Assembly (NCBI GenBank): GCA_021324235.1
Contig: JAJPJM010000050.1
Span: forward strand, 1-61,308
Direction: 5' to 3'
Origin: Verrucomicrobiota bacterium
GTDB lineage: Bacteria > Verrucomicrobiota > Verrucomicrobiia > Limisphaerales > UBA11358
DNA: 61,308 bases
Below, one piece after another: positions 46,111 to 55,579 of the stretch (position 1 is its first letter; every line of letters begins with the position of its first letter). The notes beneath the pieces are model-generated. The model searched no databases, was not told where the DNA came from, and worked only from the letters and a program-made list of their open reading frames with translations. The translations under genes and the position numbers were made by a program.

Positions 46111-46794
46111 ATGCGTCGTGAGTCGCCACCAGCCAAAATCGCGCGCCTGAGGAAGATTATCGCGGCGCTCGATCGGGCTTATCCCGGGGCGCACTGCGAG
46201 CTGAACCACGCCGACCCGCTCCAGTTGCTTGTCGCCACCATTCTTTCGGCGCAATGTACCGACAAACGCGTCAATATTGTCACGACGGAACTGTTCAAAA
46301 AATACCGCTCGGCGGCTGACTATGCGAACGCGCCGCTAATTGAGCTGGAGCAGGCCATCAAAACCACGGGGTTTTTTCGGAACAAGGCCAAAAACATCCA
46401 GGCGTGCTGCTGCAAGCTGGTCGAACACCATGGCGGGAAGGTTCCCCGGACCATGGAAGAGTTGACGCAATTGGATGGTGTCGGGCGCAAAACGGCCAAT
46501 GTCGTTTTGGGGAACGCCTTTGGCACCAACATTGGCGTGGTCGTGGACACGCATGTCGCGCGATTATCCTGTCGACTCGGACTGACGAAGCAGAAGACGC
46601 CGGAGAAGATCGAGCAGGATTTGATGGCGCTTGTGCCGCAGAAGCAATGGACGCTGTTCAGTCATTGGCTCATCTGGCATGGCCGTCGCCGCTGCGACGC
46701 GCGCCGGCCGGATTGTGCGAATTGCGAGATTCAAAAATTTTGCCCGCAGATTGGGGTGAAAATTAACAGCAAAGAAACGAAGGAACAAAGGTGA
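46111..46794 (+). CDS. nth: Endonuclease III
   Basis: 227 aa; LVATILSAQCTDKRVN, HhH LDGVGRKTANVVL, catalytic VDTH, Fe-S CxxxxxxCxxCxxxxxC (CDARRPDCANCEIQKFC). Confidence 0.93.
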   Translation: MRRESPPAKIARLRKIIAALDRAYPGAHCELNHADPLQLLVATILSAQCTDKRVNIVTTELFKKYRSAADYANAPLIELEQAIKTTGFFRNKAKNIQACCCKLVEHHGGKVPRTMEELTQLDGVGRKTANVVLGNAFGTNIGVVVDTHVARLSCRLGLTKQKTPEKIEQDLMALVPQKQWTLFSHWLIWHGRRRCDARRPDCANCEIQKFCPQIGVKINSKETKEQR

Positions 46795-46834
46795 GATTCC
46801 TGCAAAACTCCGTTGCTTTGTTTCCTGGCTGTTC

Positions 46835-47515
46835 ATGAATTCCTGGTTTTTACTGCAATCCGGCAATTGCGACCCGGCGTACAACATGGCCCTGGACGAA
46901 GCGTTGCTGGAGGCGGTGGCACGCTTGCGCAGCCCGGTTTTGCGGTTTTACGGTTGGACGGGGCCGGCAGCGACGTTCGGTTATTTCCAGAGATATGCCG
47001 AGGTGGAATGCGCAACGTCGCTGCGACCGCTTATCCGCCGTCCCACCGGAGGCGGTATCGTGCCGCACGACGTGGATTGGACGTACAGCCTTGTGTTTCC
47101 GCCCGGCCATGAGTGGCATGCGCTCAAGGCCGAAGACAGCTACCGACGTGTTCACGAATGGATCCGGTCCGCGTTTGCAAGATTGGATGTTGCCGCTGAA
47201 CTCGCGCCGAAATCCCACCCGGCCGGGCCGGGCCAGTGCTTTGTCGGTTATGAAAAATCCGACCTGCTCTGGCGTGGAAAAAAAATTGCCGGTGCGGCGC
47301 AGCGGCGCAATAAATTGGGGTTGTTGATCCAGGGTTCCGTGCAACCACCGCGGCCGCTGGCCCGGGCCGCCTGGCAGCAGGCCATGTGCGATGTCGGCCA
47401 GATGGCCCCGGAGACCAAATGGTCGGATTTCGAGCCCGACCAGCCATTATGCCGGCGCGCGGATGTATTAGTCTGCCAGAAATATTCTCAACGGGAATTT
47501 ATAACTAAACGCTGA
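46835..47515 (+). CDS. Lipoate/biotin protein ligase family (BPL/LPL catalytic domain) protein
   Basis: 226 aa; NMALDEALLE..., VLRFYGW..PAATFGYFQ, RRPTGGGIV, GKKIAGAAQRR motifs. Confidence 0.8.
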   Translation: MNSWFLLQSGNCDPAYNMALDEALLEAVARLRSPVLRFYGWTGPAATFGYFQRYAEVECATSLRPLIRRPTGGGIVPHDVDWTYSLVFPPGHEWHALKAEDSYRRVHEWIRSAFARLDVAAELAPKSHPAGPGQCFVGYEKSDLLWRGKKIAGAAQRRNKLGLLIQGSVQPPRPLARAAWQQAMCDVGQMAPETKWSDFEPDQPLCRRADVLVCQKYSQREFITKR

Positions 47516-47560
47516 CCGTTTACATCGGCTCACGATCTGGGATGATGGTTCGCAATCATC

Positions 47561-49633
47561 GTGAAGAACGCAGTGTGGGGACTGGCTGGATTCATGTTAT
47601 TCGCCATTACGGCGAGGGCGGCCCTGCTTTTGAACGATTCCTTCGATTATCCCGATGGTGCGTTGGTGACAGTGAGCACCAATTTATGGATACACCACAG
47701 TGGTTCAGTCACCGGCGAGGTGGTGGTGGCATCGGGCCGCGTGTGGTTGAGCGAGGCCAACACCGAGGATGTCCACGCGCTGCTGGCCGGGCAACCGTAT
47801 CCCGCTTCCGGCGCTACCAATGTATTTTATGCGGGCTTCATGGTTAAATTCACCACGCTGCCAGATGCGGGAGGCGCTTATTTCGCCCATTTCAAAGATG
47901 CGAGCACCGGTTTTCGGGCGCGCATCTGGGCATTGGCGGGAGGAGCGACACCCGACAAATTCCGGTTGGGAATTTCCTCCACCAGTGGCTCGGTCATCAG
48001 TGTTACCAACCCCGTGGATTTGAGTCTCAATACGGATTACCTCGTGGTAACCCGCCTGGTGAACAGCAATTCGGTCAGCACGCTTTGGGTTAATCCGGTG
48101 GCGGAAACGGATGACAGTATATCGACGGGTGAAGGAGTTTCGACGTTTGCCGTGGCCGGCTATGCGTTTCGGGAAAACGCCGGGGAAGGAGCTTTAAGCG
48201 TGGATGGTTTGAAAATCGGTACCACCTTCGCCGAGGTCACCGGCGGCGAGTCGGCCCCCCGGCCGCCGGCCATCGTCTCCGGACCGCAGCATCAAACCAT
48301 CACCAACGGTGCCGATGCTGTTTTCCGCGTGACAGCCACCGGCACGCCGCCGTTGGCGTATCAGTGGCAGTTCACGCCGACATCGGATGTCGGGGTTCAT
48401 GGCACCAACCTGCCCGGGGAGGTGAATTCCAATCTTACCCTGACCGGAGTGACTTTCGCGCAGGCCGGTTTTTATACTGTCTCCGTGACCAACACCGCCG
48501 GTTCGGCCCTCAGCGGCCCGGCGGCCTTGAGCGTCTGGCGCGCCGCTACGCCGCTGTTTTCGTATCTGACCTACAACGTGCATGGCAATGGCCTGACCAA
48601 CCGGAGTACCAATATGTGGCACGTCCAGGCCATCGGCCGCCAGATGCAATACCTCGACCCGGACATCATCACCTTTAACGAAATCCCGGTCACCAACAAC
48701 TGCACGGCGCGGATGGCGGATTTCGTCACGGCCTTCCGGCCGGGTTACTATCTGGTCACCAATTCCATGGACGACGGTTTTATCCACAGCGTCATCCTCA
48801 GCCGTTATCCCATTATCGCGTCGCGCAGTTGGCTGCATGGCGCCGAACTGGCCCCGTTTGGCTACACCAACACCAACCCGGCCCCCTATTTTACCCGTGA
48901 TTTGTTCGAGGCGGAGATTTCCGTGCCCGGTTTACCACAGCCGTTGCACGTGTTTACGGTCCATTTAAAATCGAGTCAGGATGCCGGTTCGGCGGCCAAA
49001 CGTGCGGCCGAGGCTGGTGCCGTTTCCAACTTTTTTGCCACCGTTTATCTGCCAGTCCACGGTCAGGAACCCTATGTGTTGAGCGGAGACATGAACGAAG
49101 ACATGCTCCGGCCGCCCGCGGGTGACCCGCACTCCCTTCAGCGCCTGGTCGGCGCGCCGACCGGATTACAGATGACGACGCCCGTCAATCCGCTCACCGA
49201 CAGCGAACTGACCTGGTCCATTCAGGACACCAACGCCGGTCCCAGCATGCGTTATGATTATATCCTGCCCTGCGCGGCGCTGGGCTCGAACATCGTCGGC
49301 AGCCAGGTGTTCCGCACGGATCGATTGATCCCGCCGCCCTCCAATCTGTACAGTGACGACGACCAGATTGCTTCCGACCATTTGCCGGTGTTCATGATCT
49401 TTGCCAATCCGTTTAACATGCCGTTCCGGCTGCTTGCCATCAGCGTGGCGCCTCCTTCCGTCTCGCTCAAATGGGAATCCATCAGCAACTGCAGCTATAA
49501 CATTGAAATCTCGTCAAATCTAGCGGCCTGGACGCCTTGGGCCGTCAACCTGGTCGCGAACAGTGACAGGTTCAGCTTCACCACGAATTTGCCGGACGGC
49601 ATGAAATTCTTCCGGGTTCAGCGCCAGCCCTGA
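47561..49633 (+). CDS. Exported multidomain endonuclease/exonuclease/phosphatase (EEP) protein with LamG-like and Ig-like domains and C-terminal FFRV domain
   Basis: 690 aa; signal peptide; Ig I-set-like PPLAYQWQF...AGFYTVSVTN; EEP motifs LTYNVHGNG, ITFNEI, SDHLPV; ends ...SSNLAAWTPW...MKFFRVQRQP. Confidence 0.8.
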   Translation: MKNAVWGLAGFMLFAITARAALLLNDSFDYPDGALVTVSTNLWIHHSGSVTGEVVVASGRVWLSEANTEDVHALLAGQPYPASGATNVFYAGFMVKFTTLPDAGGAYFAHFKDASTGFRARIWALAGGATPDKFRLGISSTSGSVISVTNPVDLSLNTDYLVVTRLVNSNSVSTLWVNPVAETDDSISTGEGVSTFAVAGYAFRENAGEGALSVDGLKIGTTFAEVTGGESAPRPPAIVSGPQHQTITNGADAVFRVTATGTPPLAYQWQFTPTSDVGVHGTNLPGEVNSNLTLTGVTFAQAGFYTVSVTNTAGSALSGPAALSVWRAATPLFSYLTYNVHGNGLTNRSTNMWHVQAIGRQMQYLDPDIITFNEIPVTNNCTARMADFVTAFRPGYYLVTNSMDDGFIHSVILSRYPIIASRSWLHGAELAPFGYTNTNPAPYFTRDLFEAEISVPGLPQPLHVFTVHLKSSQDAGSAAKRAAEAGAVSNFFATVYLPVHGQEPYVLSGDMNEDMLRPPAGDPHSLQRLVGAPTGLQMTTPVNPLTDSELTWSIQDTNAGPSMRYDYILPCAALGSNIVGSQVFRTDRLIPPPSNLYSDDDQIASDHLPVFMIFANPFNMPFRLLAISVAPPSVSLKWESISNCSYNIEISSNLAAWTPWAVNLVANSDRFSFTTNLPDGMKFFRVQRQP

Positions 49634-49640
49634 GCACACT

Positions 49641-50291
49641 TCATGGAATCCAAACCAGCCGCGGATTATTGGTGAGGCCTTGTTTGGTTTGGGGATTCCA
49701 ATACTCCGTGTTTTTGAACCACGCGGCGTGGCCGTCGAGAAAGGTAAACTGCGCGCCGTGACTGTGCAGATTGGAGTGGACGTTGTTCCACTGGGCCACC
49801 GCCGCAACCCCTCCGTTGTCAAACAGCCAGACGGTAATCGAAGGGCTGGGAATGGAGACCAGCCTGATTTTATTGCCCGTACCGTTGCCGTTTATGTTTT
49901 TATTGAGGCAATAATGAAATAACTCATTGCTGTTGCTGCGCCGCGGATTTGCAGGACAAATCCAAATGGAACGGCCGGGATCAATGCGGGCATTGGTGCG
50001 CCACGGCATTTCTGAATAAGGCGGCAAACCCAGCGTGCGGGGCAAATCAATATACCAGCCTTCCTTGGTGGAAGTGCCGCTGAAGGAACCATCCTTGGGG
50101 AGGTAATCACTATTGTCGGCGGCGTAAAGTTGGGTTGCCGTTCCCCATTGCCGGAGATTGTTCCGGCAGGTGATCGCCTGCGCCGAGGCTTTGGCGTGGC
50201 TGATGGCGGACAATAACAGCGCGGCCAGGATGGCGATAATTGCCATCACCACCAGCAGTTCGATGAGTGTGAATGCCCGGTCTTGCGACAT
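49641..50291 (-). CDS. Prepilin-type N-terminal domain protein with H-X9-DG motif (DUF1559-like pseudopilin)
   Basis: 216 aa; [27 protein letters not shown]; C-terminal [13 protein letters not shown] fits H-X9-DG. Confidence 0.88.
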   Translation of the reverse strand: MSQDRAFTLIELLVVMAIIAILAALLLSAISHAKASAQAITCRNNLRQWGTATQLYAADNSDYLPKDGSFSGTSTKEGWYIDLPRTLGLPPYSEMPWRTNARIDPGRSIWICPANPRRSNSNELFHYCLNKNINGNGTGNKIRLVSIPSPSITVWLFDNGGVAAVAQWNNVHSNLHSHGAQFTFLDGHAAWFKNTEYWNPQTKQGLTNNPRLVWIP

Positions 50292-50419
50292 AATCCATCA
50301 TTCAACGCTTCCGAATCAATTAGTTTTATAAAAAAAATAATATTTACAGTCTATAAAAACTTATTCACAACCGACAACCGCGTTGCCTGCCGTCCCGGCA
50401 ACGGTTAACGTTCCCGCGC

Positions 50420-51100
50420 ATGGCGCAACTCATATTGTTCGACATTGACGGCACGCTCGTCCACACCGGCGGCGCGGGCATCAAGGCGTTTGCCAAAACG
50501 TTCGCCACCGAATTCAACGCCCACGATGGCGTCGAAAAGATCAATTTCGCCGGGCGAACGGACGTGAACCTGGTGCGTGAATTTTTCGGCCTGCACCGGA
50601 TTGCCGCCACGCCCGAGAATTTCCGGCGATTCTTCGATCGTTATGTTTTCTGGCTGGATCAAACCGTGGCGCAAAACCACGGCGGCGCCTGTCACGGGGT
50701 GGAAAGGTTTATCGCCGATTTGCGGGCCCTGCCCAATCCACCGGCGCTCGGCCTGCTCACCGGTAATATCCGCCTCGGGGCGGAAATCAAATTACGCCGC
50801 TACGGTCTTTGGGATGTTTTTATGACCGGTGCCTTTGCCGACGATCATGAAGACCGCGATCACATTGCCGCGGCTGCGCTGGCGCGTGGCGGTCGCGTGC
50901 TCGGCCGGCCGTTGCGCGGTGACGACGTCGTCGTGGTCGGCGACACGCCGCACGACATCCGTTGCGGGCGATTTATAGGCGCAAAAGTACTGGCCGTGGC
51001 CACCGGCGGCGCCAAACTGGACGAACTCAAGAAACATCAACCTGATTGGGCGGTGGAAGATTTGACCCGGATCAGCGCGCGGGAAATTTGTTCAAGGTAG
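50420..51100 (+). CDS. HAD-superfamily hydrolase (phosphoglycolate phosphatase-like)
   Basis: 226 aa; LILFDIDGTL motif I, LLTGN motif II, VVVGDTPHD motif IV. Confidence 0.85.
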   Translation: MAQLILFDIDGTLVHTGGAGIKAFAKTFATEFNAHDGVEKINFAGRTDVNLVREFFGLHRIAATPENFRRFFDRYVFWLDQTVAQNHGGACHGVERFIADLRALPNPPALGLLTGNIRLGAEIKLRRYGLWDVFMTGAFADDHEDRDHIAAAALARGGRVLGRPLRGDDVVVVGDTPHDIRCGRFIGAKVLAVATGGAKLDELKKHQPDWAVEDLTRISAREICSR

Positions 51101-51143
51101 GGACATCCCGCCGGGATGTCCGCGGACGCCGCGGCGCGGCGTT
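51101..51143. terminator. Two tandem GC-rich hairpins between convergent genes (possible bidirectional terminator; no U-tract)
   Basis: GGACATCCC (51101-51109) / GGGATGTCC (51113-51121) and GACGCCGC (51125-51132) / GCGGCGTT (51136-51143). Confidence 0.4.
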
Positions 51144-51152
51144 CCTGCCAAT

Positions 51153-51377
51153 CTAATGTCCGTGGCAATGTCCGCCGCAACAGCCACCCCCGCCGTTCCC
51201 GTTCCTGAATGACGGCGTGGAACGATCACTGGCGCCGGCTGCGGCGAAAGTGGAAAATTTCTTGGACAATTTTTGGGAACCGCAATGCGGACAGGTGGTG
51301 CCCTGCCAATCGCTGGAACGAACCAGAATTTCGCTGTCGCGCTCGCACTTTTCGCAATGAAATTCGTAAATCGGCAT
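51153..51377 (-). CDS. FmdB-family zinc-ribbon protein with Cys/His-rich tail
   Basis: 74 aa; MPIYEFHCEKCE...CPHCGS; C-terminus GGGGCCGGHCHGH. Confidence 0.8.
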   Translation of the reverse strand: MPIYEFHCEKCERDSEILVRSSDWQGTTCPHCGSQKLSKKFSTFAAAGASDRSTPSFRNGNGGGGCCGGHCHGH

Positions 51378-51465
51378 GACAACAAAGTATTCCAGCGCGC
51401 AAAAAATTCAAGCGCAGAGCGTAGGGGTCGAGGGCACGAGACTCCTTACGTCGTCTCCTGCACAA

Positions 51466-52296
51466 TTATGGTGACAATTTTTCGCGGTGCGGCAGATGAT
51501 CACGGTTCCAGCGGACCAGGGCGGCATCGCTGGTGTCGGCAAAGAGAAATTGGAGTGTCGGCGATTCGACGTGGCCGTCGCAAAACACCACGTTGGCGCT
51601 GCCTTGATGGCGGGCATAAGCTCTTTGGGTGCTCCCCAAATCATCTGTTACTTCATAGGTCCGCTCGAAAATCCAGACTCCATCTTTAATAATGTCGTTG
51701 CCTCCTATGAAACCGTCGCCAATTGCCATCATCTCGCTTGGATTGACAACCTCTGACTCACTTACCGGCGGTGCTGGCACGCGCGGTGGATCCCAAACAT
51801 AATGTCCACCAAGCCCAAGTGAATTGGTGTCAGTCCGTGCACTCATACCATAAGCGTTGTAACCATAACCCTCATATCCTAGATCTTGGGGCCAGTCAGG
51901 TGGCTTGTTTCCAGCGGGACATTTCCAAACGCCCTCACTCGACCATGTGTGGAAGAGAACATGGTTCGCGGAATTTCCCGGCACCGAAAGTTCGGTGTAC
52001 TGCAAGGCAGTCATCCACATCACTTTGTACTCAGGATAGGCACCGTGATAATAATTAGGATTGGAATACAAAGGATAAGCGCCATTGTCCCCAACGAATG
52101 CCTGTAATCCAATTCCCAACTGATGCAAGTTGTTGGCGCATTGGGTTTGTTGTGCTCTCACTTTGGCTTGGGAAATTGCCAAAAGCAGAAGCGCGGCTAG
52201 AATTCCAATGATGGCGATGGCCGTTAGAAGTTCGACCAGGGTGAACGCCAATCTGTCACGATGGCTTTGGTCAGGCATACCCAAGCCATACTTCAT
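51466..52296 (-). CDS. Prepilin-type N-terminal domain protein with H-X9-DG motif (DUF1559-like pseudopilin)
   Basis: ORF opens at 52323; likely ATG at 52296 or 52278; ...RDRLAFTLVELLTAIAIIGILAALLL; C-terminal HQGSANVVFCDGH fits H-X9-DG. Confidence 0.88.
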   Translation of the reverse strand: MKYGLGMPDQSHRDRLAFTLVELLTAIAIIGILAALLLLAISQAKVRAQQTQCANNLHQLGIGLQAFVGDNGAYPLYSNPNYYHGAYPEYKVMWMTALQYTELSVPGNSANHVLFHTWSSEGVWKCPAGNKPPDWPQDLGYEGYGYNAYGMSARTDTNSLGLGGHYVWDPPRVPAPPVSESEVVNPSEMMAIGDGFIGGNDIIKDGVWIFERTYEVTDDLGSTQRAYARHQGSANVVFCDGHVESPTLQFLFADTSDAALVRWNRDHLPHREKLSP

Positions 52297-52336
52297 TTCG
52301 CCTTTTCTTTCAACGGCCAACAATTAGTCTTCCCCC

Positions 52337-52903
52337 ATGACACAATTGCAACGCGCCATTGAAGAATCCGCCGCAACCCTGCGCGGGCTGTCCGCGCTCG
52401 AAGAGCCGCTGAACCGAGCGGCGCAGATGGTATTGCGTTGCCTGACCTCCGGCCACAAGGTGCTCACCTGCGGCAACGGCGGCAGCGCCTCGGACGCCAC
52501 GCATCTGGCCACGGAATTTCTCTGCCGTTTTGTGGAAGACCGCCGGCCGTATCCGGCCATTTCCCTTACCGCCGACGGCGGGTTCCTGACCGCCGTTTGC
52601 AACGATTACGGCATCGACGAAATGTTCGCGCGCCAGGTCCGCGGTCTGGCCCAAAAAGGCGACGTGTTGATAGCGTTGACAACCAGCGGCAAATCCAAAA
52701 ACGTGCTGCGCGCACTGGAAGAGGCCAAACGCAGCGGCATTGAAAGCATTTGTTTTCTGGGCCGTGACGGTGGTTTTACCAAAGACGTGGCGACCCTGGA
52801 ACTGCTCGTGCCGGGCGACAAAACGGCGCGGATTCAGGAAGCGCACAAGCTGCTCATGCATGTGCTCTGCGAGATCGTGGAAGAAAAGTTGCCAAAGAAA
52901 TAA
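52337..52903 (+). CDS. gmhA: D-sedoheptulose-7-phosphate isomerase (SIS domain)
   Basis: 188 aa; CGNGGSASDATHLATEF, ALTTSGKSKNV, QEAHKLLMHVLCE. Confidence 0.9.
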   Translation: MTQLQRAIEESAATLRGLSALEEPLNRAAQMVLRCLTSGHKVLTCGNGGSASDATHLATEFLCRFVEDRRPYPAISLTADGGFLTAVCNDYGIDEMFARQVRGLAQKGDVLIALTTSGKSKNVLRALEEAKRSGIESICFLGRDGGFTKDVATLELLVPGDKTARIQEAHKLLMHVLCEIVEEKLPKK

Positions 52904-52976
52904 GACACGGATTTCACGAATTAACACGGAACAATCTCCCTTTTTAAATCTGTGGAAATCCGTGCAATCCGTGTCT
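52904..52976. repeat. Symmetric 3+3 array of CAC[G/A]GA(A/T) octamers, 9-10 bp phasing (REP-like element between convergent genes)
   Basis: Forward CACGGAT 52906, CACGAAT 52915, CACGGAA 52925; reverse ATCTGTG 52948, ATCCGTG 52958, ATCCGTG 52967; outer arms AGACACGGATT (52903-52913) / AATCCGTGTCT (52966-52976) are exact complements. Confidence 0.85.
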
Positions 52977-53000
52977 AAAAATAGTCCGGTTCGTACCGGT

Positions 53001-53282
53001 TCAATCGTTGGATGAGTCGGGATTAAGCGCGTGAAAGAGAATTATGATCCAAACGGCGCCCCACAAAAGAATTCCCAGGGAGCTAAACACAATTCCCCAA
53101 ATCCAGTAAGGCCTGGCCGCATTCCAGGAATTTTTCTGCCGGACGCGAACCTTTCCCGAAATCATCAATGCGGCAACCGCAAAGGGGAACCCAACGAGCG
53201 GCAATAATCCCAACAGCCCGCATACAAAACATTCGAGCGAATTTTTTAGCGTCCGGATCCTGGCTTCGGTATCGGCGTTCAT
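53001..53282 (-). CDS. Small membrane protein, last gene of the type-IV-filament-like operon
   Basis: 93 aa; 2-3 TM helices; 4-nt overlap with the upstream gene. Confidence 0.55.
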   Translation of the reverse strand: MNADTEARIRTLKNSLECFVCGLLGLLPLVGFPFAVAALMISGKVRVRQKNSWNAARPYWIWGIVFSSLGILLWGAVWIIILFHALNPDSSND

Positions 53283-53515
53283 TTCGCTTCCGGTTTCACC
53301 GGCGATTCCACTATGGAAACAGTATTGGTCTGTGAAGCGTTCAGGCGCTCAATTTGCCGCTGCTCCACAAGCTTGATGTTCCGGTGCAAATAGAAAAGCG
53401 CTTTGCTGTTGGCGGTGGCCAGAATCACCATGATCGCCAGCAGTGTGATGAAAACCAAAACAACCGACCCCTTCTGTCGGTTGCGTTTGTGGAAATGAGA
53501 GGAAAGGATTTTCAT
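53279..53515 (-). CDS. Small protein with GspK-like N-terminal hydrophobic segment
   Basis: 78 aa; HKRNRQKG|SVVLVFITLLAIMVILA (basic leader, Gly, hydrophobic helix, no Glu+5); 4-nt overlaps on both sides. Confidence 0.55.
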   Translation of the reverse strand: MKILSSHFHKRNRQKGSVVLVFITLLAIMVILATANSKALFYLHRNIKLVEQRQIERLNASQTNTVSIVESPVKPEAK

Positions 53516-54015
53516 GGCGCGGTTCGGGCCGCTTCAAATGTGAACTGCAGCGGCAAACGAGCTTCATGGCGGCGCGGTTTTAATTGCAGCTCCCAGCGCC
53601 ACGCGTTGACCGATCCGCGCTTGTCCATCACCATTTGCGACGCCTTCACGGCGGTCAGCATTGGCTCCGCAAAGCCCGATGGCGCCGATTGGCGGCGGAT
53701 TTCGCCGGCATTGAATTGGTAAAGGATTTCAGTGGTTCCGTGAGGGATTCGCAGAAGCTCGCCGGCAACCGTGGTCTCGACGGTGATTTCCCCCGTGGCA
53801 CTGTGGATGTCCGCGCGCCAGCGTTCACCAGTGCGCAAGGCGGCGGTGATATCGTCCGTGGCATGGCGCAGGGCCTTTGAGTTATCCCAGTAAAGGTAGA
53901 ATGTCGCCATGCCCAGTCCAACGATGACAGTGAACAAGGCAATGTACACCAGGCATTCCATCAGCATAATGCCAACTATGGCGCGGGCATGGGGGATGGA
54001 TGGCGGCAGTTTCAT
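53512..54015 (-). CDS. Pseudopilin-like protein with degenerate class III signal peptide
   Basis: 167 aa; ...HARAIVG|IMLMECLVYIALFTVIVGL (Glu at +5); 4-nt overlaps. Confidence 0.65.
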   Translation of the reverse strand: MKLPPSIPHARAIVGIMLMECLVYIALFTVIVGLGMATFYLYWDNSKALRHATDDITAALRTGERWRADIHSATGEITVETTVAGELLRIPHGTTEILYQFNAGEIRRQSAPSGFAEPMLTAVKASQMVMDKRGSVNAWRWELQLKPRRHEARLPLQFTFEAARTAP

Positions 54016-54404
54016 TTAACGGTGATTTCGCGGATGACGGTCCCGATACCGCGCGGTTTGTCGGATTTCCATTCAAGTCGCAAATGTTTCCCGGTCTTGG
54101 TCAGCTGAAAATGACCGGGTGGCAGGCAAGCAGCAGCTTGGGCGTGAACCGTGTAAATCTGCGGGCCATCCGGGAAATTCCGCCATTCGCCGCCGGCCAG
54201 AATCTCCATTTCCCCGTCGACGATTTCCACGGCGACAGCGCGAGAATACTCAATCCGCAGCATTTGCCGTTCGCGAATGAATGAAAATGTCAGCGGCATG
54301 ATGGCCACCGTGAAAATCGCCATGCCGACGATCAAGTCCATCATCAGAAAACCATGATCGCGTTTGAATGCTGACCGCAACGATTTTGAAGTTCCCGGGT
54401 TCAT
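54012..54404 (-). CDS. Pseudopilin-like protein with degenerate class III signal peptide
   Basis: 130 aa; ...SAFKRDHG|FLMMDLIVGMAIFTVAIM (Phe +1, Asp at +5); 4-nt overlaps. Confidence 0.65.
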   Translation of the reverse strand: MNPGTSKSLRSAFKRDHGFLMMDLIVGMAIFTVAIMPLTFSFIRERQMLRIEYSRAVAVEIVDGEMEILAGGEWRNFPDGPQIYTVHAQAAACLPPGHFQLTKTGKHLRLEWKSDKPRGIGTVIREITVK

Positions 54405-55543
54405 AGTGCCATTGCCGCCCGTAATATTGCGATCAGTGAGCCGAACACAGTTACCGCGACCAGACCCACCACCAATCCATTCAGTATGACCAGGCCGCTG
54501 GTGATCGCGTGAGCGGTGGCTTCCTCCTGCTGGAAGGCCTTGGCGTCGAGTGCTTCATGCCAGCCGCGCAGTGCCTCCAAAAAACCACCACGAGTGTGCG
54601 TTGCATTGGTCAACCGCCAGTGAAATTCACCGCCGTCGTCGAACGCGCGGACGGCGTTATCGAGTTTCGCACCTTGTTGAAGTGCGGCAGCGACAGTTTC
54701 TGCGCGATGACGGCAGACTTCGTTGGCCGTGCAATCGCCTGCCAACCGCACCGCCTCGACTTCCGGCACGCCGCCATCCAGCAGCACGGCCAACATGGCG
54801 GAAAACGTTCGCTGCAAATATTTCTGTTTCCAGGGAATGTTCCACGCAATCCAATCTACGAAGGGCAACTGCCGGGGTTGGAACCAACGGATAAATCGTG
54901 GTCCGCCAACGTAAGTCAACGCGGCCAAGACCAGCAACACGAACAGAATGGTTTCAATCCCGATCAGCCACGTCGTGTGGGAGAGGATAAATTGCGTCAG
55001 CGGCCACGGCTTGCTGTTCATCCCGTCTGCGACCCCCAGGAATCTGGGAAAAACGAATATTGACAGCGTATACATCATCCAGACGGCCATTGGCGAAAAG
55101 ACCAGCAGCAACACAATCATATAATGCACAGCGCTGCGAACGGTGGCCGGTGGATCTCGCAAAACTTCGCGGCACGCCGGCAGCACGCATTTCAGGTCTC
55201 CAAGTTTTTCTCCAACGCGGAGCATTGTTGAAATTTGTGTTGGCAGAAAGCGCGGAACTTGTCCCAGCGCATCTCCAAGTTGCAAGCCGCCTTCGATGTG
55301 GGCGGCGAGCAGGTAAAAACGCACGCCCATGACGCGGTCATGACTTTCGGCGGCGGAAACAACAGCCCGTTCCACGGACTGTCCCCGGTCAAGGGTGGTT
55401 TCGATGACGTCGAGAAAGAACCTTGCCCGCTCGCGGCGACGCATGGGCAGCGAATAAAGGGCATGAATCAGCACGGAAAAGGCCCCGAGCGGCAGCAGGC
55501 AAAAGAGTGCGTAGTAAAACAAGCTTACAATAAAATCCCACAT
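54401..55543 (-). CDS. GspF/PilC-family platform protein, paralog 2 (extra N-terminal TM helix)
   Basis: 380 aa; two T2SSF-like helical repeats separated by TM helices; divergent sequence. Confidence 0.7.
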   Translation of the reverse strand: MWDFIVSLFYYALFCLLPLGAFSVLIHALYSLPMRRRERARFFLDVIETTLDRGQSVERAVVSAAESHDRVMGVRFYLLAAHIEGGLQLGDALGQVPRFLPTQISTMLRVGEKLGDLKCVLPACREVLRDPPATVRSAVHYMIVLLLVFSPMAVWMMYTLSIFVFPRFLGVADGMNSKPWPLTQFILSHTTWLIGIETILFVLLVLAALTYVGGPRFIRWFQPRQLPFVDWIAWNIPWKQKYLQRTFSAMLAVLLDGGVPEVEAVRLAGDCTANEVCRHRAETVAAALQQGAKLDNAVRAFDDGGEFHWRLTNATHTRGGFLEALRGWHEALDAKAFQQEEATAHAITSGLVILNGLVVGLVAVTVFGSLIAILRAAMAL

Positions 55544-55579
55544 TCCAATGTTGAGCCATAGTTCATAACCATTGAGTCA

